A DNA stretch of 64,000 bases from Vicinamibacteria bacterium (GTDB lineage: Bacteria > Acidobacteriota > Vicinamibacteria > Marinacidobacterales > Marinacidobacteraceae): the NCBI GenBank assembly GCA_963668695.2, contig CAXXLQ010000004.1:832001-896000 (forward strand), given 5' to 3'. How positions within the stretch are numbered: the first letter of the stretch is position 1; every line of letters starts with the position of its first letter. Below the pieces are notes generated by a model. It ran no database searches and was not told the DNA's origin. It worked only from the letters and a program-made list of their open reading frames with translations. The translations under genes were made by a program, and so were the position numbers. This document shows positions 38,306 through 47,403 of this stretch, in pieces.

Positions 38306-38727
38306 GTGGCGCTGAACACCGAGTACCTCGAACGGTGCATCCTCACTCTCGAGAGCGCGCTGGAAGGTCTTTCTGACCATGAGACGGGCGAGGTCGCGGA
38401 CGACATCTATCGTGCGGCCTGCGTGAAACAGTCCGAGTTGATCCTCGAGCAGAGCGGGCACTGTTGCGGAAGAAGGTCAGCGCCTGGACCCCCTCGAATC
38501 GGGCCGCCGCCGAACTGACCTTCAAGGCTGTCTTCCGCACCGCCGCACAGCACGGGTTGCTCGAAGCCAACGAATGCGAGCGATGGCTCGAATACCGGGA
38601 CAGCCGAAACGATACGGCGCACGAATACGGCGAAGGGTTCGCCGAATCCGCTGTCCGGCAGCTCCCGCAATTCGTCCTGGATGCGAAGTCCCTAGCACGG
38701 AGGCTGCACGCACACGGCGATGGATGA
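38306..38727 (+). pseudogene. HEPN protein (HI0074-like), frameshifted
   Basis: DIYRAACVKQSELILEQSG | LLRKK...TFKAVFR...RNDTAHEY (RX4H); 1-nt loss at ~38460. Confidence 0.85.
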
Positions 38728-39037
38728 TCGGCTGAGCCTGTTGCCCCGGCACCGGAGCAAAATCGAGGGGATCCTGGCGGCCTGCGCCCCGGGGGTCGAG
38801 GCCTGGGCGTACGGAAGCCGAGTCAACGGGCAGAGCCATCCGGGCAGCGATCTGGACCTCGTCCTGCGTGCCCCGGGCCTGGAGCCCCTGCCGCTGGAGA
38901 CGCTCGCGGGGCTTTCCCAAGCGTTCGAGGACTCCACGATCCCGTTCTTCGTCGAGGCCCGGGACTGGGCGCGGCTACCCGAGAGCTTCCGCGCGGAGAT
39001 CGAGCGGGACTACGTGGTGGTGGTCAGGACTGGCTGA
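38720..39037 (+). CDS. Minimal nucleotidyltransferase (MNT) antitoxin
   Basis: YGSRVNGQSHPGSDLDL (GSX10DXD). Confidence 0.9.
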   Translation: MDDRLSLLPRHRSKIEGILAACAPGVEAWAYGSRVNGQSHPGSDLDLVLRAPGLEPLPLETLAGLSQAFEDSTIPFFVEARDWARLPESFRAEIERDYVVVVRTG

Positions 39038-39134
39038 GGCCGCCTTGAGCGGGGCGCAACGCCGACCCGCGGAACGATTGGAGATCGCATGGCACGAATG
39101 ATTCCTCCGACGCTGGCTCCGGAGACGCCGGCTC

Positions 39135-39315
39135 CCGCGCGTCCGCGGCAGGCGGTCGAGCAGCCGCCGGGCCGCTGAGTAAAGCCAGACCGTACGCGGC
39201 CCAGTCTTGCTGTCGCGGAGGAACAGATGCCCCCCGCGATAGTCCCGCCACGCGAGGGTTCGCACCTCGCCTTGCCGACAGCCGGTGAGCAGCGAGAGAC
39301 GCACCGCGGCCACCG
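39135..39315 (-). pseudogene. Tyrosine integrase internal fragment
   Basis: AVRLSLLTGCRQGEVRTLAW...LRDSKTGPRTV (catalytic R and K); no HxxR or Y. Confidence 0.8.
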
Positions 39316-39486
39316 GCAGAAAGAAGGGATAGTTGATGCATCCGGGGTGAACGTCCTCGTCCCAACGGTTGACGACGGCCCGAACGGTCCAGTCCTCGGT
39401 GCTACGATCCGAAACTTCCCGGCGTCGCCGAGATCCGCGCACTTGCGGTGTCCCCTGGCGCGAGGGCGCGGCGCTCTTCGCGACAC

Positions 39487-39777
39487 ATGCACGATCTCAT
39501 CGAATCCCGGCGGGCCGAGATCCGCGCCCTCGCGGAAAGGCACGGTTTCCAGGAGGTACGGGTGTTCGGTTCCATGGCGCGTGGCGACGCCGACACGAAG
39601 GAACTCAGTGATGTTGACCTGCTCGTGACTTTGCCGGCCGGCCGGACCGGACTGGCGCTGGGCGCGCTGCTGATGGATGTTCAGGAACTGTTGGGGCGGC
39701 GCGTGGACGTGGTGACCGAGGCGTCGCTTCACCCGGCATTTCGAGAACGGGTGCTGAGAGAAGCCCAGACTCTTTAG
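39487..39777 (+). CDS. MNT antitoxin (MntA-like)
   Basis: VRVFGSMARGDADTKELSDVDLLV...LLGRRVDVV. Confidence 0.92.
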   Translation: MHDLIESRRAEIRALAERHGFQEVRVFGSMARGDADTKELSDVDLLVTLPAGRTGLALGALLMDVQELLGRRVDVVTEASLHPAFRERVLREAQTL

Positions 39778-39785
39778 CGCAGGCC

Positions 39786-40133
39786 GTGGACACCGATCTG
39801 GCCCTGTTGGAACACGTCCGTACCCGCATCGCCCGCATCCGCGAATACACCGGCGATGACCGATCCGTCTTCTATGAGTCTCACCTCGTGCGGGACGCCG
39901 TCCTTCGTAACCTGCATACCATCGCTGAGTCCACGTAGCGGCTGAGTGACCGTGTTCAAGCCACAGAACCCGACGTTCCGTGGCGCGCGATCGCGGGTTT
40001 TCGCAACGTGATCGTCCACGGCTACCTCGGAATCGACCTCGAAGTAGTCTGGAGTGTCGTCGACCGGGAACTGCCTCGGTTGGCCGAGGCGGTTGACCGG
40101 ATGATTCGTGCGGTCGGGGAGGGAAAGATCTGA
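39786..40133 (+). pseudogene. HepT/DUF86 HEPN toxin with an in-frame TAG
   Basis: DAVLRNLHTIAEST*RLS...PWRAIAGFRNVIVHGYLGID; TAG at 39936-39938 where Gln is expected. Confidence 0.88.
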
Positions 40134-40245
40134 AACCGGCCGGTTCGTTGCGGCGCGCGTCTCGCGACATCAGCGAAGGGGAGAACGGTACGGGACACAG
40201 GGTGTGGATGCCGGTCGGTCAACGCGGCGGGGCATCGACAAGGTG

Positions 40246-40353
40246 ATGGCGAAGAAACTGATTGAGGTGGCGCTGCCGCCCGACGCCATCAATGCGGCGG
40301 CGGCGCAGGAAAAGTCCATCCGCCACGGGCATCCTTCCACTCTTCACCTCTGG
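40246..40353 (+). pseudogene. N-terminal remnant of a DUF1156 adenine methyltransferase
   Basis: [34 protein letters not shown], after which similarity ends. Confidence 0.8.
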
Positions 40354-40502
40354 CGAGCGCCGCGGAGGGATCATTCCTCCCGATGGGGGCCGGTTTCGCC
40401 GCCGCAGGCGGGCGAAATCCGAGAATCGCTACCGGAGCGGATGGCACCGCAGCCGAAAGAGTAGGGTTTCGCACGTTCGCACCGCCAAGGGACATCACAC
40501 CG

Positions 40503-40751
40503 ATGCAAATCACGAGACTGCGCGCCAAGAACCAGATCACCCTGCCTGCGAACGTCGTAGCGGCCGTCGGCCTCAAGCAAGGCGACCTCCTGCGCGTTTC
40601 CGCCGAGCAGGATCAGGTCATCATCACTGCCCGGGAACTGCATGATCGCGGCCGGACCTACACGATGTCGGACCTGCTCGGGGCTGCCTCCGGACTCTAC
40701 GACTCCGTCGCTGATATCGATGCGGAGATCGCGACTGGCCGCGGCTTGTGA
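40503..40751 (+). CDS. AbrB/MazE-family antitoxin, toxin absent
   Basis: RAKNQITLPANV...GLKQGDLL; the GTGA-overlapping frame downstream stops after ~14 codons. Confidence 0.85.
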   Translation: MQITRLRAKNQITLPANVVAAVGLKQGDLLRVSAEQDQVIITARELHDRGRTYTMSDLLGAASGLYDSVADIDAEIATGRGL

Positions 40752-41012
40752 TCCTGCGCGAATTGGCCGAGGCAAGAGGCGAGAAGACCTGAGGCGTGGC
40801 CAGCAGGGACCCATCGGCCGCGCCACCCGGAAGAACGCCGTTTCGCGTCTCGCCCGCCTGCGGCGGGCGATGCCGACCAGAGGTCGGCGGTCTCAAGCCA
40901 GCGAACCATCCCGGGAAATCGGCATCGCGCCAACCACACGCCGTCAGGAGTGTGCAGCGAGGCGGCATCGCCGCCCTCTGGGCAGCGATGCCGGTGTGAA
41001 GACCGGCGTTCC

Positions 41013-41528
41013 CTAGCGTCGCCTCGCTCGGGAAAGATCGGCGATTCGCTCTACCTCGGAGCGCAGGTGGAACCAGATGGGCCACTCAGGTTTCGCTGGC
41101 GGTTGGAAATGCTTGCGTAACTTCTTGGCCGTGCAGAACTGCAGCAGGTATCGGCAATCCGGATCGGGTTCCTCCACCCAGCGCACGGACATGCCGTGAA
41201 CGCGCTCCTTCGCGGCCCTGAACTCTGGAGTAGAACCTAACTCGTCACTGGGGACCCGCCGTCCGATTTGGTCGCGCGCCAGTTGTTGGGCGAGCGGCGC
41301 GACATCCGGATCCGATCCGGGCAAACTCTGTTCCCCTAAGCGATCCCGCAAGTAGCTCGCTCTTCCGACGAAGAGCGGCTTTCCTGCCTCATGCAGAACA
41401 TAGACACCCGGGTCCTGCGGAATGTGTTTCCGGGTGCCGTCGCCATACACGGGAACCAGGTCCGCACCGAGCAATTCGGCGTAGCCGCACTTGACGTAGG
41501 ACAGAAGCGACGTGAAGCCGGAGGCCAC
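41013..41528 (-). CDS. GIY-YIG-like protein
   Basis: PGVYVLHEAGKPLFVGRASYLRDRL. Confidence 0.6.
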   Translation of the reverse strand: MASGFTSLLSYVKCGYAELLGADLVPVYGDGTRKHIPQDPGVYVLHEAGKPLFVGRASYLRDRLGEQSLPGSDPDVAPLAQQLARDQIGRRVPSDELGSTPEFRAAKERVHGMSVRWVEEPDPDCRYLLQFCTAKKLRKHFQPPAKPEWPIWFHLRSEVERIADLSRARRR

Positions 41529-41542
41529 GACCCTTCCGCGCC

Positions 41543-42970
41543 TCAGCTCTGGTCGCGGATGAGGTCGTCGCGGGTCTTCCGGATGTCCTCGAAGCTGTCC
41601 TGGGAGATGACGTAGTACCAGTCGGCGAAGCGCCGGGTCAGGGTCTCTTCCAGTTCCCGGCCCTGGGTCACGTCGTCCTCCCAGCGGTCCCAGGCCCGGG
41701 CGAGATCGCGGTTCTCCCGGTCCTCATCGGTGAGTTCGTCGGACGGCTTGTCCTGGTAGTCCCGGTTCGCGGGACGCGGCGGCTCGGGGAAACGCGCAGG
41801 CTGGAACTCCGCCGTGACGAAGAGGTAGCGGTTCTCCGCGGGACCGGATGAAGCCGCGGCCTCGGTGTCCTCTTCCTCGCTGCCGGCGCTCACGTCCTCG
41901 TCGCGGCCGTAGACCACCTCCCCGAACCGCAGGGTGTAACGGATGCCCTCGTCGGTTTCGAGCCGAACCTCTCCCTCGTTGGAGAGCAGGTTGCCGCCCT
42001 GGGTCAGGTAGTAGCCCCGACTCTGCAAGGACAGGATGTCGGCGTTCGATACGCCGGCGGCATCGCCCGTCAGGGTCGCGGCGATTCCCTCCGGCTTGGG
42101 CCGGACGCCGACGATCTCCAACTCGTCGGCGGCGCGAAGCAGCTCGTTCACCTCAAAGGAGTCCACTTCCTCATCCGAGCCGAGGCCCTCCGCCGTCCAC
42201 TCGCCGTCCTCCTTGGAGAGCGCGAGCCGCCCGCGCCGGTCCACCTGCAGGGTGCGCTCGTTGATCGTGTAGTCCTCGAGAACCGCGTCGTCCACGCGGT
42301 TCCGGTCCATGAGCAGCAGGTCGCGCTCGATCCAGTCTCCGAACTGCGCCGAGATGTCCACGCCGAGCCGCGAGACATAAACACGCTTTTGTCCCGGAAC
42401 CCGCACGAAATAGGAGCCCTCCCGGTCCGGCACCTGCCGCCCGATGATGAGATCGGCGAGCACCCGGTCGCTCGTGGCCTTCACGGTGACCCGCCGCCCG
42501 CGCCCGACCAGCGACACGGCGCCCTCGTCGAGCGGATCCACCAATCCGAGCGAGGGATGGTCGGCGACGTTCTCGGAGCGGAAGTCGTCCTTTTCGAGCA
42601 GCATGATCCCGGCGGAGGTCTGCGCCAACCGGTCCTTGCCGTCGGCCGGATAGTCGTGGTGGCTGGGAATCGTCCAGATCCCGTTCTCGTTCTGGACCCG
42701 GAACGGAATGGCCTCGGCGGTGGCCTCGTCGAACTCGATCACCTCGAGAGACATGGCCTCCTCGGGATCCTCGAAGTTCGGGAAGAAGCGTTCTCCGAGA
42801 TCCACGAAGTCGCTCGGTTCGGGGTTCCTCGGGGCGCTGACCGCGGCCAGCACGGTCAAAAGCAAGGCCGCGCCGGCGATGGTCTGCGTCCGCCGGAGTT
42901 CCGGCCCGGCGGGCCTCCGGTCCTGCTTCGCCACGTCCGCGGTTTGAAGGGGGGGCTGCGATTCGGTCAT
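41543..42970 (-). CDS. DUF4340 domain protein (Gld ABC accessory)
   Basis: Single TM plus a large acidic extracytoplasmic domain; third gene of the Gld-type operon. Confidence 0.75.
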   Translation of the reverse strand: MTESQPPLQTADVAKQDRRPAGPELRRTQTIAGAALLLTVLAAVSAPRNPEPSDFVDLGERFFPNFEDPEEAMSLEVIEFDEATAEAIPFRVQNENGIWTIPSHHDYPADGKDRLAQTSAGIMLLEKDDFRSENVADHPSLGLVDPLDEGAVSLVGRGRRVTVKATSDRVLADLIIGRQVPDREGSYFVRVPGQKRVYVSRLGVDISAQFGDWIERDLLLMDRNRVDDAVLEDYTINERTLQVDRRGRLALSKEDGEWTAEGLGSDEEVDSFEVNELLRAADELEIVGVRPKPEGIAATLTGDAAGVSNADILSLQSRGYYLTQGGNLLSNEGEVRLETDEGIRYTLRFGEVVYGRDEDVSAGSEEEDTEAAASSGPAENRYLFVTAEFQPARFPEPPRPANRDYQDKPSDELTDEDRENRDLARAWDRWEDDVTQGRELEETLTRRFADWYYVISQDSFEDIRKTRDDLIRDQS

Positions 42971-42989
42971 CTTTCTCTCTCCTCGTTCC

Positions 42990-45719
42990 CTACCGCTGAC
43001 GCAGGCGGCGCGCTGCCGTCGCCCCCTCGAACTCGGCCCTTCGCCGTCGCACGAACGTGAAGACCCCAAGCAGGAATACCGGAATCGGGGGCAGCAGCAC
43101 GGCGGCGGTGCGGATGCCGTTTTGGATGCGGCGGATCTGCGTCTCCATCCGCTCCTCGCTCGCCCGGATCTGGGCGTCCTTCTCGGCGTTGATGTTGGCT
43201 TCGAGCACGCTGAACCGGCGGTTCTCCACTTCCTGAAGGTTGCGGGCCATGATCGCTTTGGCCTGAGCGTCCAGATCGTCGCGCTCCTGAACGGCGGCGA
43301 CCCGACGGTCGAGCCGTTCCTGCGCCTGGCGGAGCGCATCCTGGGCGCTCTCCTCCGCGTCGTCCTCGTCGCGGCTCCGCTGCTCGGTGAACGCCCGCAC
43401 CCGGGACTCCACCGCTTCGAGCGTCCGGTGACGCACCCGGCGGTTCCGGAGCGCCACGAAGGACTCGTCGCCGATCAGGACGTCCATGGCGTTCAGGAAG
43501 AACGACACGTTGTCGAAGTTCAGGTTGGCCGGTCCGATGCGGCGGAGCTCGAAGAACTGCTCCGAAATGAAGTCGAGGTCCGCGATCACGATGACTCGGG
43601 TGCTGTCCGCCTCCGCCGGGTCGGACAGATCTTCATCGCCGGTGGCGGCATCCGACCCGGGGCGGAAGGTCCGCGCCTCGGCGGCGACCACGTAGGTCAT
43701 CGGATCGGGCCGGTGCGGCAGGTTGGGGTTCAACTGGGAACCCAGGAAATTCCGCTGCACCATCTGGAAGTAGGGGAGGACGCCGGACACCTCGCCGGTA
43801 GTGAGCAGCGGCTGGAACTCGGCGGTGGCGCCGGCCAGCGGTTCGAGGAACCCCGGATAGATGAGCACCAGCTGCTGGAGTCCGGCGCTCGCCGGCGAGG
43901 CATCGGCGAAGGTCTCCGAATTGCCGCTTCCCTCACCGAGGAAGACCACTTCCGGCGGAAGATGGCCCAGATCCGGATGCGGGTTGTAGGCGTCCCAGAC
44001 GATCCCGCCCGGATCCCACGAGATCCCGAGATTCGCCAGGAAGGACTGGATGTTCCCCTTCGGGGACGGCGGGGGCTGGCCCTGTCGCATGAACGGGTTC
44101 TGCGCACCGCCCGGGGGCTCCGAGGGAGCAAGGCCGATGTTCACCACCGGCAGTGGATCCACCAGCAGCAGGGCGGGCACTCCGCTCCGGATGAAATCGG
44201 TGACGTTCTTCATCTCGTCGTCGGCGAGCGTCGAGGGCAAAATCACCAGGAGGCCGTCCACCTCCTCGGTGATCATCGAGTTGGGCTGGATCTGCACCAC
44301 CTCGTACTGCTTGCGCAGTTCGTCCACCACCGACCACTCCGGCGAACTCCGCATAGTCTGGAAGTCGAGGCCGCCGAAGATGCGAAGTTCCTTGGAGATG
44401 ACTCCGATCCGCTTCTTCTCGGTGTTCGCCACCACCCGGATGCTGCGCGCGAGCTCGTACTCCACCGGCAGGCCGCGGTCGAAGAACGGGATCACCTGCT
44501 CCTCGGCGGCCCGGGTGAACACCACCCCCATGAACACGTCGCTCACCCCGGTCCGCGCCGAGGTCACGCTGGGAATCCCCCGCGGCATGATTCCGAACTT
44601 CTCCCGGGCGTCCCGGGCGGATTCGGTGAATGGTTCCGTGTCCTCGATGAGCACCTGGACCCGGCCCCCGCTCACCGATTCCATTTCGCGGAGAACGCTC
44701 ATCAGCGTCGCGCGGGTCTGGACGAGCGGCTCGGGAACCTCCGGGCTCAAATAGGCCTGCACGAAGACCGGCCGATCGTCGGGCAGGGCCCGCAGCAGCG
44801 CGCGCGTCTCTCCCGAGAGCGAATGGAGCCGCTCGGCGGTCGTATCGAGACGGAACCCCAGCCGCGAGATGAGGACGATGGCGCTCAGCAGCGCGAGCGC
44901 CACCGAAACGGCCCGCACCGCGTGGTGGGTGGACATGCGGTATCCGTCGGCGGCGGGGCGCCAGTGACGCTTCCCGATGAGAAGCACGTTCAGGTACAGG
45001 AAAAAGCCCGTAACGGCCGCGAAATAGAGCACCGAGGTGATCGGGATCACGCCGCGCCCGAACTCTTCGAAGTGGTAGATCGCCGAAACCGGCTCCACCA
45101 TGCGGGCGAGCCAGGGGCTGAAGCTGCCGAAGAGGAGCCCCGGCAGAACCAGGACGGCCGCCGCCGCCGCCCCCAGGATGAACGCGATCGTCGGGATCGA
45201 GGTCAGCAGCGATGCCACCATCCCGGCCGCCGCGAGCGCCGCCCCGAGGAGGGCGTACCCGACGTAGTTGGCGAACAGCAGGCCCCAGTCCGGGCTGCCG
45301 AGAAACATCAGCACCAGCGCGTGGCTCAGCGAGAGGACGAGCGCCGCCCCGTAGATGCCGAGCACCGCCGAGTACTTGCCGAGCACGATCTCCAGATCGG
45401 TGGCCGGCAGGGTCAGGAGCAACTCGTCGGTCCCGAGCTTCTTCTCCTCGGCCCATACCGACATGGTGAGGGCGGGGATGAAGAAGAGCAGGATGTAGGG
45501 GAACAGCCCGTTCAACTGGTCGAGGTTCGCCAGGTTGTTCAGGAAGAACCGGTCCTGCCAGAACGCCGCGGCGGCGCTCAGCAGGATGAAAAGGGTCAAG
45601 AAGACGTAGCCCGACGGATTCGAGAAGTACATGCGGAGGTCCCGCCGCATGAGGGCCCCCACCACGCCGCGGCGGACGTCCGGGATTTCCACCAGGCCTT
45701 TCTTCGCTAGCGGGGGCAT
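42990..45719 (-). CDS. GldF-GldG-like fused ABC permease/auxiliary protein
   Basis: YFSNPSGY, WAEEKKLGTDELLLTLP, IVLGKY, RLDTTAERLHSLS, NVSFFLNAMDVL. Confidence 0.88.
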   Translation of the reverse strand: MPPLAKKGLVEIPDVRRGVVGALMRRDLRMYFSNPSGYVFLTLFILLSAAAAFWQDRFFLNNLANLDQLNGLFPYILLFFIPALTMSVWAEEKKLGTDELLLTLPATDLEIVLGKYSAVLGIYGAALVLSLSHALVLMFLGSPDWGLLFANYVGYALLGAALAAAGMVASLLTSIPTIAFILGAAAAAVLVLPGLLFGSFSPWLARMVEPVSAIYHFEEFGRGVIPITSVLYFAAVTGFFLYLNVLLIGKRHWRPAADGYRMSTHHAVRAVSVALALLSAIVLISRLGFRLDTTAERLHSLSGETRALLRALPDDRPVFVQAYLSPEVPEPLVQTRATLMSVLREMESVSGGRVQVLIEDTEPFTESARDAREKFGIMPRGIPSVTSARTGVSDVFMGVVFTRAAEEQVIPFFDRGLPVEYELARSIRVVANTEKKRIGVISKELRIFGGLDFQTMRSSPEWSVVDELRKQYEVVQIQPNSMITEEVDGLLVILPSTLADDEMKNVTDFIRSGVPALLLVDPLPVVNIGLAPSEPPGGAQNPFMRQGQPPPSPKGNIQSFLANLGISWDPGGIVWDAYNPHPDLGHLPPEVVFLGEGSGNSETFADASPASAGLQQLVLIYPGFLEPLAGATAEFQPLLTTGEVSGVLPYFQMVQRNFLGSQLNPNLPHRPDPMTYVVAAEARTFRPGSDAATGDEDLSDPAEADSTRVIVIADLDFISEQFFELRRIGPANLNFDNVSFFLNAMDVLIGDESFVALRNRRVRHRTLEAVESRVRAFTEQRSRDEDDAEESAQDALRQAQERLDRRVAAVQERDDLDAQAKAIMARNLQEVENRRFSVLEANINAEKDAQIRASEERMETQIRRIQNGIRTAAVLLPPIPVFLLGVFTFVRRRRAEFEGATAARRLRQR

Positions 45720-46498
45720 CAGGCGACCTCCGCCGGCGATTCGCTCGCCATTCCAATTCCGGCAGCTTCGACACTCGCGGCGGCCCCGGTGAGTTCGTAG
45801 AAGGTGTCCTCCATCGACCCGTCCCTTTCGAGATCCGACGGAACCCCGTCAAACACCAGCCGGCCGCCGTTCACCACGAGCACCCGGTCCGCCACCGCTT
45901 CCACCTCGCGAAGGATGTGGGTGGAGATGAGGATGGTCTTGTCCGCGCCCAGGCGGCGGATGTTGTGGCGGAAGTCCCGAATCTGGTTGGGATCGAGACC
46001 GGCCGTCGGCTCGTCCATGATGAGCACCTCCGGGTCGTGCAGCAACGCCTGGGCCACCCCGACGCGCTGGCGAAATCCCCGCGACAGCTTTCCGATGGGC
46101 TTTTCCATCACCTCATCGAGCGCGCAGAGGGCGGCCACTTCCTTGATCCGGCCAGGCAGGGCCGCCGGCTGCATTTCGCGCACCTCCCCGAAGAACCGGA
46201 GCAACTCCGCCGGAGTCATGTCCGGGTAGAGCGGGCCGTTTTCCGGCAGGTAGCCGAGCCGGCGGGTGGCTTCGAGACGCTGCTGGTGGACGTCCAGGCC
46301 GGCGATCTCGGCGGTTCCCGCGCTGGGTGCGAGATAGCCGGTCAGCATCTTCATCGTGGTGGTCTTCCCGGCGCCGTTCGGCCCGAGAAAGGCCACGATC
46401 TGGCCCCTGGGAATCGCGAAGCGCACGTTCTCGACGGCCACGAAGGGCCCGTAGAACTTACTGAGATCGCGCGCCTCGATCATGATCTGGTTGGTCAT
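45719..46498 (-). CDS. GldA-like ABC ATPase
   Basis: GPNGAGKTT, LSRGFRQRVG, MDEPTAGLDPNQI, STH. Confidence 0.92.
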   Translation of the reverse strand: MTNQIMIEARDLSKFYGPFVAVENVRFAIPRGQIVAFLGPNGAGKTTTMKMLTGYLAPSAGTAEIAGLDVHQQRLEATRRLGYLPENGPLYPDMTPAELLRFFGEVREMQPAALPGRIKEVAALCALDEVMEKPIGKLSRGFRQRVGVAQALLHDPEVLIMDEPTAGLDPNQIRDFRHNIRRLGADKTILISTHILREVEAVADRVLVVNGGRLVFDGVPSDLERDGSMEDTFYELTGAAASVEAAGIGMASESPAEVA

Positions 46499-46538
46499 TC
46501 GAGGTACCTCAGTTCGGTGACGAGAAAGCCGTGAAGTC

Positions 46539-47355
46539 TAGCTGCCTGTGGTGAAACCCACGTGAGCGCCGAGAGCGGGGAGGCGCCCGGCTGACAAGGC
46601 GCGTGAGGGAGGAATACCGGGTGTATTTCGACCGAAACGCAACGCAGAGCGCCGCAAAGCGGCGCGCTTCAGCCGGTGGTGGAACCCGCGTGAGCGCCGA
46701 GGTTGGCCAGTCCTCCCGGTGGGGGCGAGGCGCCCGGCTGACAAGGCGCGTGAGGGAGGAGCCCCCACCGGGAGAACTGGCCCGGGCGTATTCCGACCGA
46801 AACGCAACGATGAGCGGCGCGCAGCGACGCGGTGAACAGCCGGTGGTGGAACCCAGGTGAGCGCCGAGGCCGGCCAGTTCTCCCGGTGGGGGCGAGGCGC
46901 CCGGCTGACAAGGCGCGTGAGGGAGGAGCCCCCACCGGGAGAACTGGCCCGGGTGTATTCCGACCGAAACGCAACGATGAGCGGCGCGCAGCGACGCGGT
47001 TCAGCCGGGATGGATCGCCGGCCGAGCCCCCACCGGGAGAACTGGGCCGCGTGGGTTTCACTGCCGGCTGTCTGGCCGGGATGGATCGCCGGCCGAGCCC
47101 CCACCGGGAGAACTGGGCCGCGTGGGTTTCATCACCGGCTGTCTGGCCGGGATGGATCGCCGGCCGAGCCCCCACCGGGAGAACTGGGCCGCGTGGGTTT
47201 CACTGCCGGCTGTTTGGCCGGGATGCATCGCCGCTCGTTTCCGGAGCGGGGCGCAAGCACCGCGTAGACCCCGGAGCGGAAGGGACGGGGGGCGGGACCA
47301 CCCGACCCCCATCCCTTCTGGCTCGGGAACGCCGCGTGGGTTTTGCCACAGGCTG
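46539..47355 (+). mobile_element. Nested MITE stack: 3 left arms, then 4 right arms (three as 71-bp tandem units)
   Basis: Left arms at ~46539, 46670 and 46837; 19-mers at 47027, 47098 and 47169 spaced by 71 nt; the last arm carries the ~90-nt hairpin insert. Confidence 0.88.
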
Positions 47356-47403
47356 GCGGCCCCGGACGGGGGCCGCGACAGGGGTTTTCCCGGATCGGCC
47401 ATA

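Noticed and set aside
39135-39315. Active prophage or ICE
   Set aside because: Only a ~60-codon integrase fragment; no phage or conjugation genes.
39936-39938. Amber recoding (in-frame TAG here and in DUF3800)
   Set aside because: TAG terminates many normal genes in the window, and the two sites imply different residues (Gln, Tyr); plain nonsense mutations fit better.
12991-41528. Integron cassette array
   Set aside because: No intI, no recognisable attC sites, and the cassettes are scattered in mixed orientation.
43122-45710. Long antisense ORFs (also 7687..9876, 15643..18480, 54721..57207)
   Set aside because: High-GC shadow frames opposite well-supported genes.
47000-47225. CRISPR-like or guide array (19-mer at 71-nt period)
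   Set aside because: The intervening sequences are near-identical MITE right arms, not variable spacers.
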